Shown here one piece after another: positions 8,072 to 15,992 of a stretch of 44,404 nt of DNA. The DNA is from Anaerolineae bacterium (GTDB lineage: Bacteria > Chloroflexota > Anaerolineae > S016-19): contig WFSD01000025.1 of assembly GCA_015486235.1 (NCBI GenBank), positions 1-44,404 on the forward strand, in the 5' to 3' direction. The stretch's first letter is position 1. Every line of letters begins with the position of its first letter. The notes below the pieces were generated by a model. It had not been told where the DNA came from, made no database searches, and saw only the letters and a program-made list of their open reading frames with translations. A program made the position numbers and the translations under genes.

Positions 8072-9067
8072 CTACTTCACCAAAGGTTTAAGCGGCGCCG
8101 GCAATTTGTCTTTCCCCGTAGCGGCTACTGGCGGGACGATGGGAGGCTGCCCGAGCTTGTTCAGTATTGCCTGCCCTTTGTCGCTCAGTAAGAACTGCAC
8201 AAACTCCACTCCAAGCTCGTGGTGTGGAGCGTTTTTGGGCACGGTCACCCCGTAAACGATGGGCTTACCCTCCTTGATTAAAGTCGTTCCTGGTTTCTTC
8301 CCCGAGATCTCCACCTTTGCCTGGCGGTAAAAGTCCTTGAACTTGACGGAGGAGAGGTTTATTTCCTCCGGCAATTCCACAAATTTGAGTCCATGCTGTA
8401 CTGCCACAGAACGGTACTCGAAAGCGTAGTCCATGTCCCCGGATTGCAGCAATGCGATCAACTCCACGGACTTGGGCCGGACATTCTCCGGAGGGCAGTG
8501 ATCCTGGAGCCGTTTGTACAGCCCGGGGACCTTGTAGTACTTCTCTGCCAGTTGCCACACCATGAGTGTTCGATATCCGCATGGATCGGCGTTGGGGTCT
8601 GAATGCCCGTAGACTACACCGTCCCTGGTGAGCACATCATACCAGTTGTCTGGGGTGATCTCGTTGGCGTATTTCGACTTGTTGGTGTACACGAGCACCA
8701 TCATGTTCCGGGCAAACTGGATGTTCCAATCCGCGAATTTGGGGATAAGCAGGTTGTCGATGACTGTGTAGTCAGCGGACATCATCACGTCGGCTTGCCT
8801 TCCGAGGTCGCTTATCTTGCGGGCGGCCGTAACGCTGCCAGACGCCTCGGTCTCTATCTCCACACCTGGGTGGTTCGTCTTGAAAGCTTCTGACATCTCT
8901 TTCAGTGGCACAGTCAGGCTGCCTGCATGGAAAATCACGATTTTTTGGCTGACGTGGGTCGGTTCCTGGGGCGGTGATGCGCTCTTCCCTGTGCCGGGCC
9001 CACACCCGGAGGCGATCAACATGACGAAGATCATTGCTAATGCAATCCATGTGTAGCGCTTTCTCAT
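8072..9067 (-). CDS. wtpA: WtpA-type tungstate/molybdate-binding lipoprotein
   Basis: The start is at MRKRYTW, preceded by GGAGGA. Lipobox LIASGC. Long collinear matches to WtpA as I recall it (FHAGSL, SGSV, SADY, NPNADPCGYRT, PIVYG.TVP.NAPH). Confidence 0.75.
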   Translation of the reverse strand: MRKRYTWIALAMIFVMLIASGCGPGTGKSASPPQEPTHVSQKIVIFHAGSLTVPLKEMSEAFKTNHPGVEIETEASGSVTAARKISDLGRQADVMMSADYTVIDNLLIPKFADWNIQFARNMMVLVYTNKSKYANEITPDNWYDVLTRDGVVYGHSDPNADPCGYRTLMVWQLAEKYYKVPGLYKRLQDHCPPENVRPKSVELIALLQSGDMDYAFEYRSVAVQHGLKFVELPEEINLSSVKFKDFYRQAKVEISGKKPGTTLIKEGKPIVYGVTVPKNAPHHELGVEFVQFLLSDKGQAILNKLGQPPIVPPVAATGKDKLPAPLKPLVK

Positions 9068-9077
9068 TGTTTCCTCC

Positions 9078-10181
9078 TCACAACCAGGTTTCCTTACCCG
9101 TATCCCGGGTATCGTACCCTCCCATTGCTTCCACGGCATCATGAAATTCAGTGGTACGTGCCAGTGCCAGTAACGCCTGTACCCCTTCTGTCTTCCACGC
9201 TTTTTGGTCAATCACCAGGTCGTACTCTTCGCGCGTGAGTTGTACGAAATCCAGGCCATAAGCCGTAGCCGCAGCCTGAATCCCTAGTCCAACGTCGGCG
9301 TGTCCTTCGGCCACTGCTTTGGCAACGCTCGTGTGGGTGATTTCTATGGTGTCGTAGCCTTTAACTTCCTCAGGCGATACTCCGAGCGACCGCAGGTGTG
9401 CATCCAGCCACACACGAGTACCGGACCCCTCCTGCCTGTTTATGAACCTTACATCTGATCTTGATAGGTCCTCGATCCTCTCGATATGGAGAGGATTGTC
9501 CGGAGCCACAATCAGCCCGAGGCGTCGATACACCAGTGTGAAGATAGCGACTTTCCGTCCTGGTAGCACCCGCCGCACGTATGGAATGTTGTACGTGCCG
9601 GATTGCTCATCCCACAAATGGCACCCTGCCAAGTCCGCCTCGCCGCGGGCCATGGCGATAAGCCCGCCAAGGCTGCCCTTGTACTCTACGTCGAAATCGA
9701 TATCGGGGTGTTTTCGCTTCAGTATCTGGAAGAGGTACTCAACTGCCAGGTCATGGCTACCCACAAATCGGATGCAGGTGATCGTGGGGCTTTCCGTTGG
9801 TGCGGTCGGGTGGTCCTGGCTTTCGTTCCACCGTGCCAACGCTTGCGCTAGCGCTGCCTGTGCCTCGGCGGGCGTGTGGCCTGCTCCTATAGCGTCCAGT
9901 AGGTAGCGCTCTGCCCGGTTCACCAGGACTGTCCATCGCCATGCCGAGCGCTCATGGGCGAGAGGGCCTGTCGCGACGTGGGTGCCGCCTCCGCGCTGCC
10001 CTACCACCAAGCCTTCGCGTGCAAGCTCCGCATAGGCGCTGTTCACCGTGCCCGGCGAGCACTTCCACTGGCTGGCGAGTTCACGCACAGGTGGTAGCCT
10101 GTCGCCGGGTCCGAGTTTGCCCTGGGCTATCTGCTTTCGTATGGATTCTGCAATTCTGAGGTAAGCCGGCGCCTGTTTCAC
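9078..10181 (-). CDS. Transcriptional regulator: GntR-type winged HTH fused to a periplasmic-binding-protein-like (putative oxyanion-binding) domain
   Basis: N-terminal RLPPVRELASQWKCSPGTVNSAYAELAREGLV and a C-terminal ~230-aa PBP-like region. The start is taken at the GTG at 10181 behind AGAGGGGA; the ORF could extend to 10322. Its stop lies 11 nt before the wtpA start. Confidence 0.7.
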   Translation of the reverse strand: MKQAPAYLRIAESIRKQIAQGKLGPGDRLPPVRELASQWKCSPGTVNSAYAELAREGLVVGQRGGGTHVATGPLAHERSAWRWTVLVNRAERYLLDAIGAGHTPAEAQAALAQALARWNESQDHPTAPTESPTITCIRFVGSHDLAVEYLFQILKRKHPDIDFDVEYKGSLGGLIAMARGEADLAGCHLWDEQSGTYNIPYVRRVLPGRKVAIFTLVYRRLGLIVAPDNPLHIERIEDLSRSDVRFINRQEGSGTRVWLDAHLRSLGVSPEEVKGYDTIEITHTSVAKAVAEGHADVGLGIQAAATAYGLDFVQLTREEYDLVIDQKAWKTEGVQALLALARTTEFHDAVEAMGGYDTRDTGKETWL

Positions 10182-10302
10182 TTGATCCCCTCTTGTTTCA
10201 GACTGCTTTTGTACCGCTATGCCCGATTCAAGGGAAAAAGACTGTGCCCAGCTGGATATCGCTATCCGTCCTTCCTTATTCCTCCCCCGACAGAAGGGGA
10301 GT

Positions 10303-10328
10303 GTATACTTGTATGGCAACAAGTGTAC
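10303..10328. promoter_or_regulatory. Inverted repeat GTATACTTGT-N6-ACAAGTGTAC upstream of the GntR/PBP regulator gene; candidate operator
   Basis: 10-bp arms with one mismatch, read directly. It contains GT..AC half-sites typical of GntR-family operators and overlaps a possible minus-strand promoter TTGTAC-17-TATACA. Confidence 0.4.
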
Positions 10329-10460
10329 AACACACTCTATGCCGACGTCAAGTTCAAGATGGAGAAATCAAACGTGGCATCGAAAAACCTCCTGATTCTA
10401 TCGGCGAGGCAGGAGTGATGTATGGCGCTTCTCAGGGATTACTTCGTTTTCCAAGACCAG

Positions 10461-10616
10461 GGCTTTCGAAGCAAATCGGAAGCCCGAAGTCGTTTCAGAA
10501 GCTTCCTCGGCGCTTCTGAAGCAATCTGCTACTTGCCGTTGGGGTTGATGTGGAGCGATAACGGTTCTGGGGATTCCTGGGGGCCCGTAGGGCCCCCAGG
10601 AATTGCTTCGCCCTCC
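10461..10616 (+). repeat. Structured MITE-like repeat, copy B
   Basis: 5' end GGCTTTCGAAGCAAATCG. Local stem TTCAGAAGC/GCTTCTGAA (10494-10520). Core CTTGCCGTTGGGGTTGATG. Hairpin ATTCCTGGGGGCCC-GTA-GGGCCCCCAGGAAT (10573-10603). 3' end TTGCTTCG. Confidence 0.8.
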
Positions 10617-10632
10617 CGCCAGATTTGGGAAC

Positions 10633-10662
10633 TTGACGGATAGGTAGTGAACGACGTACAAT
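10633..10662 (+). promoter_or_regulatory. Sigma70-like promoter following repeat copy B
   Basis: TTGACG-18 nt-TACAAT. The -35 box starts 30 nt after the hairpin. Confidence 0.5.
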
Positions 10663-10677
10663 TGAGCATAAAAGAAA

Positions 10678-10708
10678 ACCTCGCCGGGTAGTGCTTTGCC
10701 GGCGAGGT
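10678..10708 (+). other. 10-bp perfect stem-loop just downstream of the copy-B promoter
   Basis: ACCTCGCCGG-(11 nt)-CCGGCGAGGT read directly. It begins about 10-15 nt after the predicted transcription start and has no U-tract. Confidence 0.5.
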
Positions 10709-10905
10709 GATGACCGGAGCGGTGATGCTTTACTTGTGAAAGGAGTCGGGGGAAGAAGCCCTGGTACCTCACCTGGTATAAACGGATAAGTAGATACAAA
10801 TAGAGAACATGAGGCGTCTTTCTTACGGAGTTTGGAACGCGGTTGTCCACCTCGCTCTGGATACTCTGGGGTCTAGAAGATGGGGTACACTCTGGGGGCT
10901 GACAT

Positions 10906-12096
10906 ATGGGTAGAAAATCAGATGGGGAGGATCACTCGAGGCATAAGCTTCACCCCCATGAAGATTACACCGGCGAGAAGCTTAACAGATTTGCGCGGAT
11001 AGTGGAGGTGAGCTTCGCTTTATCCAGCAACACCGACTTGGAGTCGCTACTGCAAAAGATCGCCGATTCCGCTACAGAGCTCACCGGGGCTGAATTCGGG
11101 GGTCTGTTGGTATTGAGCAAAGACGGGAGCAAGTACGAATACTTCAATATCTCCGGCCCTTTCAAGTTGAATGGTTTCCCCGATGACAAAGGAATATTTA
11201 GCATCCCGTACAGGAAGGGAACGCCACTCATACTGGATGATGTCAGGGAATACCCTGAAGCGGTAGGAATACCGCCTGGACATCCTCCGGTAAAGGCTTT
11301 TATCGGAGTGCCTCTTAGTTTCAGAGACAAAATTCTCGGCTCCCTCTTTGTAGGAAACAGCCCCAGTCGCGGGAATTTTTGCGAAGAAGACAAGGATTTG
11401 CTGATGGCCCTTGCTGCCCTGGCAGCCGTAGCAATAGAGAATACACGCCTGTATCAGCAGTCAAAACAGCTAGCAAGATTGGAGGAGCGAAAACGCATTG
11501 CGCAATCGTTACACGAAACAGTGTTGCAGTATCTGTTTACCACTGGCTTGGAAGTCGAAAAATGTTTGGATCAGGCAGATCCTTGCCTAGAGAAATTACT
11601 CATAATACAGCGTTTGATCGACCGCGCGAGTGAAGATCTTAGAAGTACTGTCTTTGCCCTCTCATCCCACTCATCTGCGGATATGAAAGAACTACCTGCT
11701 ATTCTGGCTGAGTTGATAGAAGAGTTCGAGGTCACTTCCGGGGTACGTTCATCGCTCCTCTTGCCTCGGCACATGCCATCAGAGATTCCCCCCGCCGTGT
11801 CTGAGGCGATATACCGTATAGCCCGGGAAGCTCTCTCCAACGTGAAAAAACATGCACGCGCTTCTGCTGTTGCTGTCACCCTCTCGTGTGATGAACATTT
11901 CGTTTCAATAACCATCCAGGATAATGGCCGCGGTCTGGATATGTCAGGCACCTCGGGATTGCATTTCGGGTTGCTCACGATGAAGGAGGTAGCCTCCAAT
12001 GCCAACGGCGAGATTGTTATTTTGAGCAATGAAGATGATGAGGGTACAATAGTACGGGCTATTTTTCCTGTGTCTGGTGGGGAGAAGAAGACATAA
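10906..12096 (+). CDS. Cytoplasmic sensor histidine kinase (GAF domain + HisKA_3 + HATPase_c)
   Basis: No transmembrane segments. GAF-like N-terminal half. H-box ERKRIAQSLHETV, N-box EALSNVKKHA, G-box QDNGRG. Confidence 0.8.
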   Translation: MGRKSDGEDHSRHKLHPHEDYTGEKLNRFARIVEVSFALSSNTDLESLLQKIADSATELTGAEFGGLLVLSKDGSKYEYFNISGPFKLNGFPDDKGIFSIPYRKGTPLILDDVREYPEAVGIPPGHPPVKAFIGVPLSFRDKILGSLFVGNSPSRGNFCEEDKDLLMALAALAAVAIENTRLYQQSKQLARLEERKRIAQSLHETVLQYLFTTGLEVEKCLDQADPCLEKLLIIQRLIDRASEDLRSTVFALSSHSSADMKELPAILAELIEEFEVTSGVRSSLLLPRHMPSEIPPAVSEAIYRIAREALSNVKKHARASAVAVTLSCDEHFVSITIQDNGRGLDMSGTSGLHFGLLTMKEVASNANGEIVILSNEDDEGTIVRAIFPVSGGEKKT

Positions 12097-12728
12097 TGAA
12101 GATCATACGTGTGGCTATTGTGGATAATCACTGGATTGTGCGAGAGGGACTGAAGTCTGTCTTGGAGTCCGACCCTCTGTTTCACATCGTTGGCGAGGCT
12201 TCTGACGGCGAAGGAGCCATAGAACTCCTACGCAAGGAAAAGCCTGATGTGGCACTGGTCGACATAAAACTGCCGGATATGAGCGGGATCGAGATATGCC
12301 AAAGAATTACTTCGGAAGGATTGCCTACCGCGACAGTGATATTCACAGCTTTCCTGGAATGGAAACTGGTGCAACGTTGTCTCGATGCTGGGGCGAGAGG
12401 CTATATCCTCAAGGATGCAAAGCACCTCAACCTGAAAGAGAAATTGCTGTCCGTGGCCCGTGGGGAGACGGTATTAGACCCCAGGGTAGTCACCATTTTG
12501 ACGGATCACGTGCGCGGGCGCCTGCTCCAAGAAAACCCGATTCTTTCGGCGCGTGAACTGGAAATATTGCGGCTTATGGCTCAGGGTTTGAGCAACAAAG
12601 AAATTGGGGAACGGCTCTTTTTAAGCCGGAGCAGTGTGAAGCACTACGTAGGCAGTATTCTGCGCAAGCTAGATGCAAAAAACCGCGTCGAGGCAATCCT
12701 GATAGCCACGCGCTCTGAGATCCTGTGA
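12096..12728 (+). CDS. NarL/LuxR-family response regulator
   Basis: Receiver domain (VDNH...DVALVDIKLPDMSG) plus a C-terminal LuxR HTH (LSARELEILRLMAQGLSNKEIGERLFLSRSSVKHYV). Its ATG overlaps the kinase stop (TAATG). Confidence 0.85.
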   Translation: MKIIRVAIVDNHWIVREGLKSVLESDPLFHIVGEASDGEGAIELLRKEKPDVALVDIKLPDMSGIEICQRITSEGLPTATVIFTAFLEWKLVQRCLDAGARGYILKDAKHLNLKEKLLSVARGETVLDPRVVTILTDHVRGRLLQENPILSARELEILRLMAQGLSNKEIGERLFLSRSSVKHYVGSILRKLDAKNRVEAILIATRSEIL

Positions 12729-13210
12729 GGTATTCTTTTCAAGTCCTCAAACCGAGGTACAAAGATCATGCCAGATCTTGTGGGTTGTTCCTCTCTAGAC
12801 TCACACTCCGCCCTGCACTTCTGCCTCTCCGATCGAATTTTGCCCCACGTTGTCTCGATCTGCGCTGGAACCACAGAAAAGAACTTACGAGTCAGCACGC
12901 CGAATGGAGTTCGGCTCTAAGGACGCCTGTAGCGCCGAACCGTACGCCCAGCTGACAAGATCGTTCTTCCGTTAGAAAAACGTCATAGGACAAATAACAT
13001 TCAGGCCAGCAGGCGCACGGTACGAGCACAGGGACACTGTGCCCTAACAAGCCAACCCTGTCCAGAGAGCCATAAACCGAGGAGTTCTCGTAATTGACCA
13101 CTTGGGCATGGCATAATTGTCCATGTGACCGTCAACACGAAACCCAACGTACCCGGATAACCCCTCCCAAAATTACCCCCCTGGGTATCCAGTGTTTGTC
13201 CACATAACCA

Positions 13211-13239
13211 TTGACGTTAGTCAGGCACACTCTTATAAT
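13211..13239 (+). promoter_or_regulatory. Near-consensus sigma70-like promoter upstream of the formate dehydrogenase gene
   Basis: TTGACG-17 nt-TATAAT, about 105 nt upstream of the fdhA start. The leader contains a 9-bp stem GCCATCCTC/GAGGATGGC (13268-13306). Confidence 0.55.
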
Positions 13240-13343
13240 TTGGTAAGAGGCATTTCCTTGGCCAATTGCCATCCTCAGGCCAGGTTCATTTCGTCAAGAG
13301 GATGGCCCGAAAAGTTCAAGTACTCAACAAAGAGGAGCAGCAG

Positions 13344-15407
13344 ATGAGAGAAAAACATCTTATTGTTTGTCCTTACTGCAGTGTGGGGTGCAGGATGTAC
13401 GTGGAAACAGAAGATGGATATCCTGTGGGAATAGAGTATGCTGATGATATCCCAGGGATACCCAACAAAGGGGGAAAGCTCTGTCCGAAGGGAAATGTTG
13501 CGTTTCAATACGCGAAAAGCGAGGATAGGCTGACCAAACCTCTCAAGAAAGTTGCCCCAGGAAAGTTCCAGGAAATTAGCTGGCAGGAAGCGCTGGATGA
13601 AGTGGCAGGCCAGATAAATGAGATAAAGGAGAAACATGGCCCAGGAGCTTTGGCATTTCTTGGAAGCGAAAAGTGCTCCGTAGAAGACAACTACCTTATC
13701 CAGAAACTTGCCAGGGCGATGGGAAGTAATAATGTAGAATTCGCAGGGAGATTGTGTCAGTCGTCGAATGTCCTTGCTAGAACTAAGATCCTCGGAAGTG
13801 CTCCTCAAACGAATCCTTCTGACGATGTGCTGAAATCTGATGTAGTCGTGCTTTGGGGATATAATCCTGCGGCGACCAATCCGGTGCTCTTTGGACAGTA
13901 CATAGAAAAGGCCATCCTGGATAATGGGGCAAAATTCATTGCTGTCGATACAGTAAAAACACAATCCAACAAATATGCTAACCTCTACCTTCAGCCTTAT
14001 CCGGGCACCGATCTTGCCATCATTTTGGCTATGATCAACTACGTGGTCGGGAACAATCTTTACGACAAAGATTTCGTCAATAAACGAGTCAAAGGTTTTG
14101 GCGAACTCGCAAAGACCGTCAAGGAATATACGCCAAAGTGGGCTGAAAAGATGAGCGGAGTTTCGGCGGACCTCATTGAGCAGGCCGCCAGGATTTTTGC
14201 CACGGGCGGGAAAGTCGCCGTATTTGCAAATGAGGGCATAAACCAGCATATCAATGGCACTACGGCCATGATGGCTTTGACAGATCTGATCTTGATAACG
14301 GGCAACATAGGCAAAGAGGGTGTGATGTCTGGTGTCATACCGGGCGCTTTCAATGGGATGGGCGCTTCTATCACAGGGGTCAACTGTGCCCAACTTCCAG
14401 GTGCAGTTCCCGTGGTGGATGGGGAAGGAAGGAGAAGGATCGAAAGAGCTTGGGGCCTTGAAATACCCGATAAGCCAGGGTTGCATTATGTGGCGATGTT
14501 CGGAGCTGCGTACGAAGGCAGTGTCAAAGGGCTTTATATAATGGGGCAGAACCCCGCCAGATCACTCCCTGATTCCGCGTTCGTAGAGAAAGCGCTGGAG
14601 AAGGCCGAGTTTGTTGTCGTGCAGGATATTTTCCCCACTGAAACCACCAAATACGCTGACATAATCCTGCCGGCTGCAGCCTGGCACGAGAGAGAGGGAA
14701 CTGCGATAAGCTCCAACAGGAGGGTTCAATGGAGCTTCAAGGCAGCGGATGCTCCAGGGGAAGCGAAGCCGGACTGGGAGATAATCGTGGATGTTGCCAA
14801 AGCTTTGGGGCTCGGAAAGTATTTTTACTACTCAAGCACCGACGACGTCCTGAGCGAGGTAAACAAGGTCATACCAGCCCTGAAAGGAGCGACACCGCAA
14901 AGACTTCGGGATAACGTCGAAGGATGTATGTTCCCCTGTCCAGACGAGAAGAGCGAAACCCCGAGGCTATTCTTGAACGGCTTCCCGACGCCAGATGGGA
15001 AGGCCAACCTGATTGCTCCAAAGTATATTCCGCCGGGGGAGGTGCCTGACGAGGAATACCCATTCTGGCTGTCGAACTTCAGGCTAGTTGGGCATTTTCA
15101 CACAGGGACTATGAGCTTCAGGAGCAAGAGTTTGGAGGATAGGTGGCCTGAAAGATTTGTATACATCAACGAGCAGGACGCGAGGAAACTCGGGGTCGAC
15201 GACGGAGATCTAGTCAACATAGAAACCAGAAGAAATTCGTTGACGGCTAGAGTTGAGGTTACACCACACATCAAGAGAGGAGTAGTATCAATGCCGTGGC
15301 ACTGGGGTTTCAACCTCCTGACAAAGGATGCTGTCGATGACCTTTCGAAGATACCCGGGTACAAGACCGCTGCTTGTAAGATCTCCAAGGTGGGGGGTGA
15401 TTTATGA
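13344..15407 (+). CDS. fdhA: Formate dehydrogenase catalytic subunit (FdhH-like molybdo/tungstopterin enzyme), Cys-type
   Basis: The start is at MREKHLIVCPYCSVGC behind AGAGGAG. N-terminal 4Fe-4S motif CPYC..GC. RLCQSS occupies the position where Sec enzymes carry U. No in-frame TGA. Confidence 0.85.
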   Translation: MREKHLIVCPYCSVGCRMYVETEDGYPVGIEYADDIPGIPNKGGKLCPKGNVAFQYAKSEDRLTKPLKKVAPGKFQEISWQEALDEVAGQINEIKEKHGPGALAFLGSEKCSVEDNYLIQKLARAMGSNNVEFAGRLCQSSNVLARTKILGSAPQTNPSDDVLKSDVVVLWGYNPAATNPVLFGQYIEKAILDNGAKFIAVDTVKTQSNKYANLYLQPYPGTDLAIILAMINYVVGNNLYDKDFVNKRVKGFGELAKTVKEYTPKWAEKMSGVSADLIEQAARIFATGGKVAVFANEGINQHINGTTAMMALTDLILITGNIGKEGVMSGVIPGAFNGMGASITGVNCAQLPGAVPVVDGEGRRRIERAWGLEIPDKPGLHYVAMFGAAYEGSVKGLYIMGQNPARSLPDSAFVEKALEKAEFVVVQDIFPTETTKYADIILPAAAWHEREGTAISSNRRVQWSFKAADAPGEAKPDWEIIVDVAKALGLGKYFYYSSTDDVLSEVNKVIPALKGATPQRLRDNVEGCMFPCPDEKSETPRLFLNGFPTPDGKANLIAPKYIPPGEVPDEEYPFWLSNFRLVGHFHTGTMSFRSKSLEDRWPERFVYINEQDARKLGVDDGDLVNIETRRNSLTARVEVTPHIKRGVVSMPWHWGFNLLTKDAVDDLSKIPGYKTAACKISKVGGDL

Positions 15408-15871
15408 GCAAAAAGATATTCATCGATTACGGACGGTGTATTGGTTGCAAGGCGTGTGAAGTCGCTTGCGAGAGAGAACACGGCGAGTCCAGGATCAAAG
15501 TCTTCCAGTTTCCGGATTTGACCAATGTCTCTTTCAATTGCAGGCATTGTGAAAAAGCCCCGTGTATGGAGGTTTGTCCAGTCAATGCGCTCTGGAGAGA
15601 CGAAGATGGGGCGGTAATTGTAGACCCACTCAGGTGCATTGGCTGCGGCATGTGCACATTAGTCTGTCCGTTTGGTATCCCTAAGATCAACGAACTTAAT
15701 AAGGTAATGGTCAAATGTGATCTTTGTGCCGATAGAAGAGAGGAAGGAAAACTCCCGGCTTGTGTCACAACCTGTCCGACTGAGGCATTGAAGTTCGGCG
15801 AAATGGACGACATCACTCTGGCGAAAGAGGAAAGGGTCATTTCAAACCTCATAGAAAGGGGAGAGAAATGA
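15404..15871 (+). CDS. 4Fe-4S ferredoxin-type electron-transfer subunit (HycB-like)
   Basis: Several CxxCxxCxxxC clusters (CIGCKACEVAC, CRHCEKAPC, CIGCGMCTLVC, CDLC). ATGA overlap with fdhA. Confidence 0.8.
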   Translation: MSKKIFIDYGRCIGCKACEVACEREHGESRIKVFQFPDLTNVSFNCRHCEKAPCMEVCPVNALWRDEDGAVIVDPLRCIGCGMCTLVCPFGIPKINELNKVMVKCDLCADRREEGKLPACVTTCPTEALKFGEMDDITLAKEERVISNLIERGEK

Positions 15872-15992
15872 CTATCTTTAGAAAATGGCAGAACCCAACC
15901 CAGGACATCATCTAACGGAGCGAGCATCAGGTTGACGTTTAGTGAACCTGTGCCTCATTTGTTTAGTGAAAAGTCCGCAGGAGGCAAGCAAT

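Noticed and set aside
8072-9211. Long (379-aa) version of the wtpA ORF overlapping the regulator gene
   Set aside because: The internal ATG at 9067 is preceded by GGAGGA and yields a proper lipoprotein signal peptide. The extension overlaps the regulator's C-terminus.
12729-13210. A ~480-bp apparently non-coding stretch upstream of the fdhA promoter containing two short ORFs (12725-12955 plus strand, 12892-13101 minus strand)
   Set aside because: I recognised no RBS, no motifs and no repeat structure. I could not support a gene, pseudogene or RNA call from the sequence alone. It may simply be the junction of the acquired hydrogenase module.
13275-14486. 403-aa ORF on the minus strand
   Set aside because: It is antisense to the formate dehydrogenase gene, whose motifs are unambiguous. 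It has no motifs of its own.
13344-15407. Possible selenocysteine (in-frame TGA plus SECIS) in the formate dehydrogenase
   Set aside because: The ORF is uninterrupted, and a Cys (RLCQSS) occupies the expected active-site position. It is a Cys-type enzyme.
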